Source of the DNA: Alphaproteobacteria bacterium
GTDB lineage: Bacteria; Pseudomonadota; Alphaproteobacteria; UBA2966
Length of the DNA: 64,000 nt
Assembly: GCA_964291395.2 (NCBI GenBank)
Contig: OZ219856.1
Coordinates: forward strand, 1,216,001-1,280,000
Reading direction: 5' to 3'
The translations under genes were made by a program, and so were the position numbers. Below, piece by piece: positions 30,774-40,843 of the stretch. Under the pieces are notes generated by a model, which did not search any database, was not told the origin of the DNA, and saw nothing but the letters and a program-made list of their open reading frames with translations. Each line of letters opens with the position of its first letter. The first letter of the stretch is position 1.

Positions 30774-32078
30774 TCACCAGCGTCGTTCGAATCTCTTTCT
30801 CAGGTAGATGGCTGCGGCGTTCATCAACACGAGGAAAACCAGCAGAACCACGATCGCCGCGGACAGCCGTTCGACGAAGGCCCGCTCGGGGCTGTCGGCC
30901 CACAGGAACACCTGCACCGGCAGCACGGTTGCGGGATCGAAGGGTCCCTTGGGAATGTCCACGATGAATGCGACCATCCCTATCATCAGCAGCGGCGCCG
31001 TCTCGCCAAGCGCCCGGGCCATGCCGATGATCGTCCCCGAGAGAATTCCGGGCATCGCCAGCGGGAGCACGTGATGGAACGTCGCCTGCATGCGTGATGC
31101 TCCGATACCGAGAGCCGCTTCCCGGATCGATGGCGGCACGGCGCCCAGAGCCGCGCGTCCCGCGATGATGATGGTAGGCAGCGTCATCAGAGCCAGGACA
31201 ACGCCGCCGACCACGGGTGCGGAACGCGGCAGGTGCAGGACATTGAGGAATACTGCCAGACCCAGAAGCCCGAACACGATCGAAGGGACAGCCGCGAGAT
31301 TGTTGATGTTCACCTCGACGAGATCCGTCCAGCGGTTCTTCGGCGCGAACTCCTGCATGTATACCGCAGTAGCGACGCCCAGCGGAAAGGCGAGGATCAG
31401 CGTCACCGCCATCGTGAAGAAGGAACCCGCGACGGCTCCCAAGATGCCCGCGAGCTCCGGCTCGCGGGAGTCTCCAGCCGTGAAGAAGCGGGTGTTGAAC
31501 TTCTTTTCGACGGCCCCTTCCGCGATCAAGGCGTCGACCCAGGCAATTTGCTTGTCGTTGATGCGGCGGTCGGACTCGGGCACGTCGCGCGGAATGAACC
31601 CTTTAAGCAGCATGTCGACGTCATCGCTGGCTACCAGCCAGATTTCCCGGCCGGTGCCTACCAGTCCGGGATTCGAAATCGCCAGTTTCTGCAGGTCGAA
31701 GGCCGCGCCCGGGCTGACGATGGCGTACAGCGAACGTCTGTCGCGGCGGCCCTTGACGTCGGGGAAACGCTCTCGCAGCGCCGACTTGACGACTCCGCCG
31801 AAATCACCCGCCAGTATGACTTCCGGGTCCCCGGTGCCGTGCGGATCGATTCGTCCAGCGTCGAAGTCGACCTTCAGACGGATGTGGGTCTGGACCAACG
31901 CCGTGTAGGCGTTGGAGGCAATGGTCGTAAATAGAAGCAGCAGGAAAGCGATCGAGAGCGCGATCGCGACGACCCCATAGGCACGGAACCGCCGCTCCGC
32001 CGCGCGGCGGCGGCGCAGCCGGGCGCTTGTTTCCGAGGAGCTTAAATCGATCCGTCGCACTTGAGCGGTGTCACTCAT
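30774..32078 (-). CDS. pstA: Phosphate ABC transporter permease
   Basis: NLAAVPSIVFG, ARALGETAP. Confidence 0.95.
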   Translation of the reverse strand: MSDTAQVRRIDLSSSETSARLRRRRAAERRFRAYGVVAIALSIAFLLLLFTTIASNAYTALVQTHIRLKVDFDAGRIDPHGTGDPEVILAGDFGGVVKSALRERFPDVKGRRDRRSLYAIVSPGAAFDLQKLAISNPGLVGTGREIWLVASDDVDMLLKGFIPRDVPESDRRINDKQIAWVDALIAEGAVEKKFNTRFFTAGDSREPELAGILGAVAGSFFTMAVTLILAFPLGVATAVYMQEFAPKNRWTDLVEVNINNLAAVPSIVFGLLGLAVFLNVLHLPRSAPVVGGVVLALMTLPTIIIAGRAALGAVPPSIREAALGIGASRMQATFHHVLPLAMPGILSGTIIGMARALGETAPLLMIGMVAFIVDIPKGPFDPATVLPVQVFLWADSPERAFVERLSAAIVVLLVFLVLMNAAAIYLRKRFERRW

Positions 32079-33453
32079 ACTGCTCTCGATACTTCTGCAC
32101 AACGTGCAATGCGATCACGTTGAGCGACAGGGTGACGCAGAACATCACCAGGCCCAGCGCGAAGGCCGCCAGGGTCTTGGCGCTGTCGAACTCCTGATCG
32201 CCCACGAGCAGCGTGACGATTTGCACCGTTACGGTCGTCACTGATTCCAGGGGATTGGCGGTGAGGTTGGCGGCGAGGCCCGCGGCCATCACCACGATCA
32301 TGGTCTCTCCGATGGCGCGCGAGATGGCCAGCATGATGGAGCCGACGATGCCCGGCAGGGCCGCCGGCAGGATGACCTGTTTGACGGTCTCCGATTGCGT
32401 GGCGCCGAGCGCATAGGCTCCATCCCGCAGGGATTGCGGCACCGCGTTGATGACGTCGTCCGACAGGGAAGAGACGAAGGGGATGATCATGATCCCCATC
32501 ACCACGCCGGCCGCCAACGCACTCTCCGAGGAAACGTCGAGGCCGAGCCCGCTTCCCGCGTCGCGGATGAACGGTGCCACGGTGAGGGCGGCGAAGAACC
32601 CGTACACGACGGTGGGGATACCCGCCAGAATCTCCAACAGCGGCTTGACGGTCGAGCGTACCTTGTGGGGCGCGTATTCGGACAGGTAGATCGCCGACAT
32701 CAGCCCGATCGGCGTGGCGACGACCATGGCGATCAAGGTAATCAGGAAGGTGCCGGCAAACAGGGGAACCGCCCCAAAGGCGCCGGTGCTCCCCACCTGA
32801 TCCGCCCGCAACGCGGTTTGCGGGCTCCATTCCAGACCGAAGAGAAAATCCGTGAACGGGATCAGGTTGAAGAAGCGCAGCGCTTCGAACAGAAGCGAGA
32901 GGACGATGCCGACGGTCGTGAAAATCGCGATCGTCGAACTGACGATCAAAAAGATGCGGACGACCTTTTCGACCCGCTCGCGCGCGGCGAAACGCGGTGA
33001 AACATGTCTCCACGCGAGCGCGGTTCCTCCGATGGCCAACGCCAGCGAAAGTGCGGCCAGCGCGCTGAAGGCCATGGTTTGCAGGGAACTGTACAAGTCG
33101 GCCGCGGCCTGCATCTCCGGATCGATTTCCTTCGAGACGATATCGCCGCCGGCCAGGTTCTTGATGTCGTTGACCAGAAGACCCAGTTCGGCCTCGCCCA
33201 GTCCCTGGGCGCCCGGCAGACCGGAGACGAGGAACGATTCGACGATAGAGCCCTGGAAGAAGGACCAGACCAGGGTCAACAACAGGGCCGGCACGCCGCA
33301 CCACACGGCGACGTAGTAACCGTAGTGACCTGGCAGGGAATGCAGATCCCGCGCCCTGCCGCCCACGGTCGCCAGGGCGCGGGAACGCCCCAGGAAAAAG
33401 CCGACCACGGCCAGAACGAGGACGACCGCGGCGATAAGGGAGACTTCCATCAT
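32071..33453 (-). CDS. pstC: Phosphate ABC transporter permease
   Basis: LAGIPTVVYG, SRAIGETMIV. Confidence 0.95.
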   Translation of the reverse strand: MMEVSLIAAVVLVLAVVGFFLGRSRALATVGGRARDLHSLPGHYGYYVAVWCGVPALLLTLVWSFFQGSIVESFLVSGLPGAQGLGEAELGLLVNDIKNLAGGDIVSKEIDPEMQAAADLYSSLQTMAFSALAALSLALAIGGTALAWRHVSPRFAARERVEKVVRIFLIVSSTIAIFTTVGIVLSLLFEALRFFNLIPFTDFLFGLEWSPQTALRADQVGSTGAFGAVPLFAGTFLITLIAMVVATPIGLMSAIYLSEYAPHKVRSTVKPLLEILAGIPTVVYGFFAALTVAPFIRDAGSGLGLDVSSESALAAGVVMGIMIIPFVSSLSDDVINAVPQSLRDGAYALGATQSETVKQVILPAALPGIVGSIMLAISRAIGETMIVVMAAGLAANLTANPLESVTTVTVQIVTLLVGDQEFDSAKTLAAFALGLVMFCVTLSLNVIALHVVQKYREQYE

Positions 33454-33483
33454 CGACTGCAGGACGGCGATCTGTGACGGGAG

Positions 33484-33515
33484 GGACCGGCGGCCCGCGA
33501 TCCGGCCGCCGGTCC
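33484..33515. other. Intercistronic hairpin between pstS and pstC
   Basis: Perfect 12-bp stem GGACCGGCGGCC/GGCCGCCGGTCC with no U-tract; probably an mRNA-stabilising element. Confidence 0.65.
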
Positions 33516-33526
33516 GGGCGGCATGC

Positions 33527-34558
33527 CTACGATCCGTAGGGGATCATCTTCGTCGCGGCTTCGCGGAACTTCCCTCTCTCTGCGTCCGGCATCGGGATCA
33601 GACCCTTGTCGGTGAGATATCCGTCGAGGCCCCAGGCCTTTTCGCTGGTGTACTCGGCGAGGAATTCCTCCATGCCCGGGATCTTACCGATGTGCGCCTT
33701 CTTGACGTAAAGGTAGAGAGGGCGTGAAACCGGGTAACTGGCGTCCGCGATATTTTCGAACGTCGGTGCGACGCCATCCATGACGCTGCCCTGGATCAGG
33801 TTGGCGTTCTGATCGAGGAAACTGAAACCGAAGACGCCGTAAGCCTTCGAATTCTCGACGAGCTTCTGAACGATCAGATTGTCGTTCTCGCCGGCCTCGA
33901 CGAAGGCACCGTCTTCCCGGATACCGTGGCAGATGGCCTTGTACCTGTTCTTGTCTTTCTTCTTCATGGCCTTGATCCAGCCGAACTTCTTGCAGCCGCC
34001 CTCCATGGCGAGTTCGACGAAGGCATCGCGCGTGCCCGACGTCGGAGGCGGACCCAGAACCTCGATCTTGGTGTCCGGCAGGGAGGGATCGATCTCGTTC
34101 CACATCTTGAACGGGTTGGGGACGAGCTTGCCTTCACCCTGCGGGATGTCCTTGGCCAGCGCCAGGAACAGGTGCTTGCGGCTGATCGTCATCTGCGGCG
34201 CGGATTTGGCGTTGGCGAGAACGATTCCGTCGTAACCGACCTTGACCTCGATGACGTCGGTGACGCCGTTCTTCGCGCACGTTTCGACTTCGGACCTCTT
34301 GATGCGGCGGGACGCATTCGTCATGTCGGGGTGCCTGACGCCGACACCGGCGCAGAACAGCTTGAGTCCACCACCCGAGCCGGTGCTCTCCACCACCGGG
34401 GTCCTGAATTTCGTGGTTTTGCCGAAGGTCTCGGCCACGGCTGTCGTGAACGGATACACCGTCGATGAACCGACGATATTGATCTGATCACGCGCCTCGG
34501 CGAATCCGCCGACCGCGACGCCGGCCAGTATCGCCAGAGACAGCAGCTTGTTGTTCAT
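33527..34558 (-). CDS. pstS: Phosphate-binding protein
   Basis: VGSSTVYPF, ESTGSGGG, PPTSGTRDAF, YPVSRPLY. Confidence 0.95.
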   Translation of the reverse strand: MNNKLLSLAILAGVAVGGFAEARDQINIVGSSTVYPFTTAVAETFGKTTKFRTPVVESTGSGGGLKLFCAGVGVRHPDMTNASRRIKRSEVETCAKNGVTDVIEVKVGYDGIVLANAKSAPQMTISRKHLFLALAKDIPQGEGKLVPNPFKMWNEIDPSLPDTKIEVLGPPPTSGTRDAFVELAMEGGCKKFGWIKAMKKKDKNRYKAICHGIREDGAFVEAGENDNLIVQKLVENSKAYGVFGFSFLDQNANLIQGSVMDGVAPTFENIADASYPVSRPLYLYVKKAHIGKIPGMEEFLAEYTSEKAWGLDGYLTDKGLIPMPDAERGKFREAATKMIPYGS

Positions 34559-34663
34559 TCACATATCTCCTGTTGCAGATTGGGCAGACCGACGAAGCCC
34601 TGGCGGCATTCGCCGATATCGATGTCGATACCCCGATTCGTATGCCGTGCCCGCGACTCCCGT

Positions 34664-34692
34664 ATGACAGTCATGTTGCGGTTTTGTGACAA
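34664..34692 (-). promoter_or_regulatory. Pho box upstream of pstS
   Basis: Minus strand TTGTCAC-AAAA-CCGCAAC-ATGA-CTGTCAT; 11-bp period. Confidence 0.8.
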
Positions 34693-34727
34693 CGGAGACT
34701 GTATGTCGCCGAAACGGGGGAGGGGGG

Positions 34728-36029
34728 TTATCTATCCGATAAATCTTGAGGATCTTGCGAGAATGTGGGCACCGTCACGGTAAACGTGCTGCCGGACTCC
34801 GGGGTGCTTTCGATGAGAATGTGGCCACGATGCCGGCTGACGATGTGTTTGACGATCGCGAGCCCGAGACCGGTGCCTCCAAGCCCCCGGGACCGGGCCT
34901 TGTCCACCCGGTAGAACCGCTCCGTGAGCCGGGGGATATGATCGGTCGGAATCCCGTCTCCCTGATCCTGCACGCTGACGGCGACGCCGTGCGTGCCCGA
35001 CTCCGGCAGGCGTTCGACTGGACTCGCGGTAACGCGCACGGGCTTTCCGGGGCCCCCGTACTTCAAGGCGTTGTCGATCAGATTCTGGAACACCTGGCTC
35101 AGTTGATCGTGGTCTCCGAGCACGCTTGGAAGGTCATCGGGGAGATCCACGTCGATGCTGTTGCCGCTTTCGGTGCAGCGGTTCGAGTACGTGTCGACCA
35201 CTTCGCCGATGACGGTCTCGATCTCGACCTCGTCCTCGGGACGAATGTGTTCGTTCGCTTCGACGCGCGACAGGGAAAGGAGGTCTTCGATCAGGCGCGT
35301 CATTCTCTGCGCCTCGTTGTTCATGATGCCGAGAAACTTTTCTCGGGCAGCGGGATCGTCCTTCGCGGGACCGCTCAGCGTCTCGATAAAACCGGCGAGC
35401 GCCGCCAACGGCGAGCGCAGCTCGTGACTGACGTTGGCCACGAAATCCGCGCGCACCTCATCGACGCGCTTCGTGCCCGTGACGTCGTGCAGCAAAACGA
35501 CGACGCGCACGCCGTCCTCGTCATCCGGCCTGGGAACTGCGGCGACCTGAACTTCGAACGTGATGGGTACGCCCACGACGAGCTCGAATTCGACCGGGTC
35601 GGGAGTACCGCCTGCCAGCGAGAGGTCAACCGCGTCCAACACGGCCGGGTGACGCAGCGCAATCGTGAGATCCCGGCCCATCTCGGTGATATTGAACAGC
35701 TTCCGCGCTGCCTGGTTGGCGGAAATGATGTTGCGGGATGCGTTGAGCAGAATCACCGGATCGGGTAGCTCGTCGAGGATGCGGCGTTCCACCGGCTCCG
35801 TGTCGACCGGCGTTTCCGCGGGCTGAACGGGGGTCACGGTTGCGGTGCGCCGCGCCGTCCATACGGCACCGGCAATGATCAGCGCGATGACCGTGACGCC
35901 CTCGCCGACGCCGACAACGCCGGTCATGAGCAGCACCACGAGCAGGACTATGCTCGGCGCCGCCCCCATCATGACGGTTCGACTAAGCATCGGTGAGGTT
36001 CCGCATCGCTCGTCGGGTTGTTTCGACAT
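34728..36029 (-). CDS. phoR: Phosphate regulon sensor kinase
   Basis: TM segments, PAS domain, DFVANVSHELRSPL, RLTERFYRVD, GTGLGLAIVKH. Confidence 0.92.
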   Translation of the reverse strand: MSKQPDERCGTSPMLSRTVMMGAAPSIVLLVVLLMTGVVGVGEGVTVIALIIAGAVWTARRTATVTPVQPAETPVDTEPVERRILDELPDPVILLNASRNIISANQAARKLFNITEMGRDLTIALRHPAVLDAVDLSLAGGTPDPVEFELVVGVPITFEVQVAAVPRPDDEDGVRVVVLLHDVTGTKRVDEVRADFVANVSHELRSPLAALAGFIETLSGPAKDDPAAREKFLGIMNNEAQRMTRLIEDLLSLSRVEANEHIRPEDEVEIETVIGEVVDTYSNRCTESGNSIDVDLPDDLPSVLGDHDQLSQVFQNLIDNALKYGGPGKPVRVTASPVERLPESGTHGVAVSVQDQGDGIPTDHIPRLTERFYRVDKARSRGLGGTGLGLAIVKHIVSRHRGHILIESTPESGSTFTVTVPTFSQDPQDLSDR

Positions 36030-36160
36030 ATGGTCCGGCGTCCCGTCGAGACGAGGATCTCGAGCCTGCCGCGACCTCGTTTATCCTACATGCCCGGTAG
36101 AGAGAAACGGGAATACCCAAGGTGAGCTGGATCGGGTCATTTGGGCTGCAGCTTTCCGGC

Positions 36161-36419
36161 CTATATCGTGTTCGGCAATCCGGCTTGAGATGGAAGGTCC
36201 ATTCTTGTAGGCAAGAGACGGATCGCGTCGCCCGTTTTTCTCGTCGGCCGAGACAAGGTCGAAATGCGCCTGCAAATTGAGCCAGAACTGCGGCTCAATA
36301 CCGAACCAATGCCCGAAGCGCAGGGCCGTGTCGCCCGATATCGAGCGCTTGCCGTTGATGATCTGGCTCACCCGGTTGGCGGGCACGTCGATCTGGCGCG
36401 CGAATTCCGTGGGCGTGAT
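36161..36419 (-). pseudogene. N-terminally truncated HigA-type antitoxin remnant
   Basis: ITPTEFARQIDVPANRVSQIINGKRSISGDTALRFGHWFG...FWLNLQ. Lacks the HPGE start and any toxin gene. Probable frameshift in the T5 run at 36235-36239. Confidence 0.8.
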
Positions 36420-36465
36420 AGGCTTTCGTTCGCAGGGACGACAAGCGCAAATCGGAGGAGGGACG

Positions 36466-38118
36466 ATGGACTACTACGACCTGGGTCCTTACGGCCGGAC
36501 CATCACGACCGGTTCTGCAGACGCTCAGCTCTGGTTCGACCGAGGGCTTAACTGGGTATTCGCCTTCAACCACGGCGAAGCCATCGAATGTTTCTGCAAA
36601 GCCATCGAGGCCGACCCAGGCTGTGCGATGGCCCATTGGGGTGTGGCCTATGCCACCGGTCCAAACTACAACCTGCCTTGGCATCTGTATGACCCCGACG
36701 GGCGGGCGCAGGCACTGGCCGGGGCTTATGACGCCATGCAGCTCGCACTGTCGCACGTCGACGGCGCGACCCCCTTGGAACAGGCGCTCATCCACGCTCT
36801 TCCGGCCCGCTATCCTCAGCGAGATCCGATCGATGATCTGTCGCCCTGGGACAAGGACTTTACCGTCGCCATGCGCAGGGTTTTGGAGGAATTCCCCGAC
36901 GACCTGGAAGTGCGGTGCGTCTTCGCCGAAGCCATCATGAACGAGACTCCCTGGCAGATGTGGAACCTGGAGACAGGTGAGGTTGCGGAAGGCGCCGGTA
37001 CCGTCGAGGCACGGGAGGTCCTCGAGTCCGCATTCCGCGACGTCCCGGCGAGCTGGGATCACCCGGGCCTGCTCCACCTCTATGTCCATCTCATGGAGAT
37101 GTCGCCGTTCCCGGAACTCGCCCTGCGTGCCGGCGATCGGCTGCGCGAAATCATGCCGGACAGCGGCCACCTCATCCACATGCCGACCCACATAGACGTG
37201 CTGTGCGGCAACTATCGCGACGTCGTCGTCTACAACCAGAAGGCCATCGTCGCCGACCGCAAGTTCCTGGAGCGGGCCGGCGCGCTGAATTTCTACTCGC
37301 TCTACCGCACCCACAACCACCATTTCGCTATGTACGGCGCCATGTTCCTGGGTCAGTACACGCCGGCGCTCGAAGCGGCCCAGGAACTGATCGACACCAC
37401 GCCCGAGGATCTGCTGCTCGTGGAATCCCCACCCATGGCGGACTTCATCGAGGGCTACCTCCCGATGAAGCAGCACGTGCTTATCCGCTTCGGCAAATGG
37501 CAGGAGATCATCGATCAGGACCTTCCCGGGAATCAGGAGCTCTACTGTTCGACCACGGCGATGATGCGTTACGCCAGGTCCGTGGCTCACTCGGCCATGG
37601 GCCACGTCGCCGAAGCGGAGCGGGAGAAGGCGGCCTTCCTGGAGGCCAGGAAGAAGGTTCCCGAGAGCCGTCGCGTGCACAACAACACGGTGGAGGATCT
37701 GCTTGAGATCGCGGAGGCCATGTTGGATGGCGAGCTCGAGTACCGGCGGGGGAATTTTGACGCCGCATTTGCACGTCTTCGAAGGGCCGTCGAATTGGAT
37801 GACGCCTTGCCGTACGACGAACCGTGGGGCTGGATGCAGCCGACCCGGCATGCGCTCGGCGCGCTGCTGCTCGAGCAAGGCCGGTTGGAGGAAGCCGAGG
37901 CGGTCTACCGCGAGGACCTTGGGCTGGTCCAGACTTTGAGCCGGGCCTGCCAGCACCCGGGCAATCTCTGGAGTCTCCATGGACTGCACGAGTGCCTGAC
38001 GCGGCGCGGCGAAACGGTCGAATCGGTCCATATCAAGCAACAGTTGGACAAGGCGCTCGCGCGCGCGGAGGTCGAGGTCCACGCGTCCTGCTATTGTCGT
38101 CGGCAGGCTGCGGCCTGA
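36466..38118 (+). CDS. TPR-repeat, His-rich conserved protein
   Basis: GGAGGA SD. AQLWFDRGL, HPGLLHLYVHLME, HLIHMPTHID, YDEPWGWMQP, C-terminal SCYCR. Confidence 0.8.
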   Translation: MDYYDLGPYGRTITTGSADAQLWFDRGLNWVFAFNHGEAIECFCKAIEADPGCAMAHWGVAYATGPNYNLPWHLYDPDGRAQALAGAYDAMQLALSHVDGATPLEQALIHALPARYPQRDPIDDLSPWDKDFTVAMRRVLEEFPDDLEVRCVFAEAIMNETPWQMWNLETGEVAEGAGTVEAREVLESAFRDVPASWDHPGLLHLYVHLMEMSPFPELALRAGDRLREIMPDSGHLIHMPTHIDVLCGNYRDVVVYNQKAIVADRKFLERAGALNFYSLYRTHNHHFAMYGAMFLGQYTPALEAAQELIDTTPEDLLLVESPPMADFIEGYLPMKQHVLIRFGKWQEIIDQDLPGNQELYCSTTAMMRYARSVAHSAMGHVAEAEREKAAFLEARKKVPESRRVHNNTVEDLLEIAEAMLDGELEYRRGNFDAAFARLRRAVELDDALPYDEPWGWMQPTRHALGALLLEQGRLEEAEAVYREDLGLVQTLSRACQHPGNLWSLHGLHECLTRRGETVESVHIKQQLDKALARAEVEVHASCYCRRQAAA

Positions 38119-38151
38119 ACGCATCGGTCGGGTTTCCGAGAAATCGTCACA

Positions 38152-39360
38152 ATGCACGAGACCGCGTCCAGCATCGTCGGGAAGGAGGCCGTGGCGGCGG
38201 TCCGCCGACCCATCGAGACTGCCTGGGGCCTGCCGGCCGCTGCCTATACCAGCGGGGAGTTCTTCCGGCTCGAGCAGCACAAGTATCTGCGCAAGATGTG
38301 GATGGCGGCCGCTTTCGAAGCGGAGATTCCGGAGCCGGGCGATGCCATGCCGGTCATCGTGGCCGGCCTTCCCATCATCCTGGTACGGGGCGACGACGGA
38401 GAGGTCAGAGCCTTCCACAATGTCTGCCGCCACCGGGGAATGATGGTGTTGGGGAAGCGATGCCAAGGGCAGAAACAACTCGTCTGCCCCTATCATGCCT
38501 GGGTCTACGGGCTGGATGGAAAGCTGATCCGGGCGCCGTTCTTCGACGGGACTCCGGAAGGCGATTCCAAGAGCGTCTTGGACAAGGAGGCGCTCAGCCT
38601 GGTGCGCGTGCGTTGTGCCGTCTGGCGCCACTGGATCTTCGTCGACTTCGGCGGCGAAGCGCCCGGAATCGAAGAGCATTTGCAGCCGCTCCTCGACTTC
38701 ATGAACGATGCCGATGTCGGCGCCATGCGTTACGCGGGCAAAGTGGAATGGGAATTTCAGGCCAATTGGAAGATGGTCGGCGACAACTGGGAGAACTACC
38801 ACCACGTTTACGTCCATGGTGGCGTGTTCGCGAAGATGTCCGACGATATCGACCTGCGGACCGGCAAGCTGTGGTCAGCCCCGCTGCACAAAGGTTGCGT
38901 ATTGACCCTGCGTCGGCGCATCGAGGCGGCACCGTCCTATCCGTTCAAGGACACCGGTCTTCCGTTGATCCCCTTCCCTGAGGGGAAGGAGCGCGTCACC
39001 GCACCGAATTTCGTTTTTCCCAACGTCGAGATTGATCTCGTCCGCGACAACATCTCGTCGATCATTTACGAACCGGTCGCGCCGGACCGGACGATCGCCA
39101 AGATGGGCTTCTTCTTTCTTGGCGACGCCGCAACCTCGGACGAGCACGCCGAGGGCCGCAAGATTGCCATGGACCGCTGGCTTGGCCCGGCACGCTCGAA
39201 GGACGCCAACGACGGCGTGCGCAATCAGGACTTCCGGATCTGGGAGGCGATACAGATCGCAAAGGGTTCACCCGTCGCCGATGCCAACGTGTTCTCGCCG
39301 TTGTGGGAAGGCAATCCCCATTACTTCCACAACCACATCCTCGACTACTTGGAGGCGTAG
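38152..39360 (+). CDS. Rieske non-heme iron oxygenase alpha subunit
   Basis: Rieske ligands CRHRG...CPYH; iron site ENYHHVYVH and NQD. Confidence 0.92.
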   Translation: MHETASSIVGKEAVAAVRRPIETAWGLPAAAYTSGEFFRLEQHKYLRKMWMAAAFEAEIPEPGDAMPVIVAGLPIILVRGDDGEVRAFHNVCRHRGMMVLGKRCQGQKQLVCPYHAWVYGLDGKLIRAPFFDGTPEGDSKSVLDKEALSLVRVRCAVWRHWIFVDFGGEAPGIEEHLQPLLDFMNDADVGAMRYAGKVEWEFQANWKMVGDNWENYHHVYVHGGVFAKMSDDIDLRTGKLWSAPLHKGCVLTLRRRIEAAPSYPFKDTGLPLIPFPEGKERVTAPNFVFPNVEIDLVRDNISSIIYEPVAPDRTIAKMGFFFLGDAATSDEHAEGRKIAMDRWLGPARSKDANDGVRNQDFRIWEAIQIAKGSPVADANVFSPLWEGNPHYFHNHILDYLEA

Positions 39361-39411
39361 CCGAAAGGCTCCTCCCCTTCTGCAGGAGAATTTGCCTGAA
39401 GAAGGCGGAAA

Positions 39412-40497
39412 CTAGCTGGACTTGCCCGCCGTGCGGGTCCAGCGGTCGGTCCAGTCGGGAACGTCCGCCTTGTTGTAGTCGATCTGCAGGTTCTCCTCGA
39501 GCGGTACGAACATCTCCTGCGAGACTTCGTCCGCAAGGAAGGTCTTCAGCGCTTCCTGGTTGGACGGGATCACGCCCATCGCCGGTGCCCACGCCGACTG
39601 AAAGTCCAGGTTGATGAATTGGTTGACGTAGAAGGTGGCGAGTTCCGGAACCGGCGTCCCCTTTACGACGCCGATCCAGCCGTTCTTCATGACGCCCCGC
39701 TTCCCGTCCGCCATGAGCGGCATGACCGCATCCACCGGCTCGCCGGATTTGCGGACGCGTGCGCAGTGTCCCGAATAGATCAGGGCCGCCGCAACGTCGC
39801 CCGTCTGCAACATGTTGATCGCCTCGCCGGCGCGCTTCCAGTACTTCAGGGCATTGATCTCTTTCAGCAGGTCGAGCCCGGGCTGGATGTTCTGAACGTC
39901 GCCGCCCGCCGCATACACGATGCCGGCGAAGTTGGCGAGACCGCCGCCGGAGGTGATGTCCGGAATCACGACCATGCCTTCCAGCTTGGGATCACCGAGA
40001 TCCTTGTATGTCGTGGGTGCGGGAAGGCCGAGTTCCTTGAACTTCTCCCGGTTGTAGCAGATGCCCTCCTGGACGATCCACGTGGCCACCTTCCACTCGT
40101 CGTAGAACCCGTCCTGGAGGTATTGGACGTTGGGTACCTGGCTCAGGTCGATCTTCTGCAGCAGGTTTTCGCGCGTAAAGGTCGGCATCAGGGCATCGAG
40201 GATCTCGAGCACGTCGATCGGCACCTCACGCCCCCGCGCGGCGACCAATTTCGCTATGTTGTCCTGGGTGCTGGCCAGAACGTATTCCACTTTGCCGCCT
40301 TCGGCTTCGATTTTGGGCGCAATGATCTCCTTCTGGAAATCGCCCCATTTGCCGCCCCAGGTTCCGACGCGAAGCACCTGCCCCTTGAACCGCTCGCCGG
40401 CCCACGCGCCGTCGCCGACACCTATTGCTGACAATGTGCCGAGCACACCGGCAACCGCGACGGCGGCCGCCGTCATTCGTCCGAACGATCCAAACAT
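39412..40497 (-). CDS. ABC solute-binding protein (PotD/PotF-like), orphan
   Basis: Signal peptide, GTWGG, KIDLSQVPN, PTTYKDL; GGAGG SD. Confidence 0.8.
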   Translation of the reverse strand: MFGSFGRMTAAAVAVAGVLGTLSAIGVGDGAWAGERFKGQVLRVGTWGGKWGDFQKEIIAPKIEAEGGKVEYVLASTQDNIAKLVAARGREVPIDVLEILDALMPTFTRENLLQKIDLSQVPNVQYLQDGFYDEWKVATWIVQEGICYNREKFKELGLPAPTTYKDLGDPKLEGMVVIPDITSGGGLANFAGIVYAAGGDVQNIQPGLDLLKEINALKYWKRAGEAINMLQTGDVAAALIYSGHCARVRKSGEPVDAVMPLMADGKRGVMKNGWIGVVKGTPVPELATFYVNQFINLDFQSAWAPAMGVIPSNQEALKTFLADEVSQEMFVPLEENLQIDYNKADVPDWTDRWTRTAGKSS

Positions 40498-40843
40498 GCG
40501 AATTCCTCCTGCTTGTCCAAAGGAGATAGTGGGAAAACGAAGGTTGCTGACTCAGCACGGACCCGGCCGAAATGAAGTCACCGATTTGTTCGCTGCCGGG
40601 CGCCGCCTCCTGCATCGGCCCTATGGAAGAATATGACTCACGACGGTGTTCCAGGCAAACGGCGCGCACTCCAAGACCGGCTTTCCGTGAATCGTCCATG
40701 TCGTGTGTTACCGACACGACTCGATAGGTGACGAACCGGACCGTCGTGCACCCGATGAGGTCTACCGTCAGGCCTGCTTGCGGCTGCCCGTCGTCATGGG
40801 CCTCGCCGTCGTCGTCCCGTGAGTGTACGAGGCCGCCTGCCTG

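Noticed and set aside
36295-38817. Very long antisense ORFs (840 aa here; also 20095-22092, 23895-25745, 53808-55418, 50481-52010 and others)
   Set aside because: Shadows of real genes in high-GC DNA, with no recognisable motifs.
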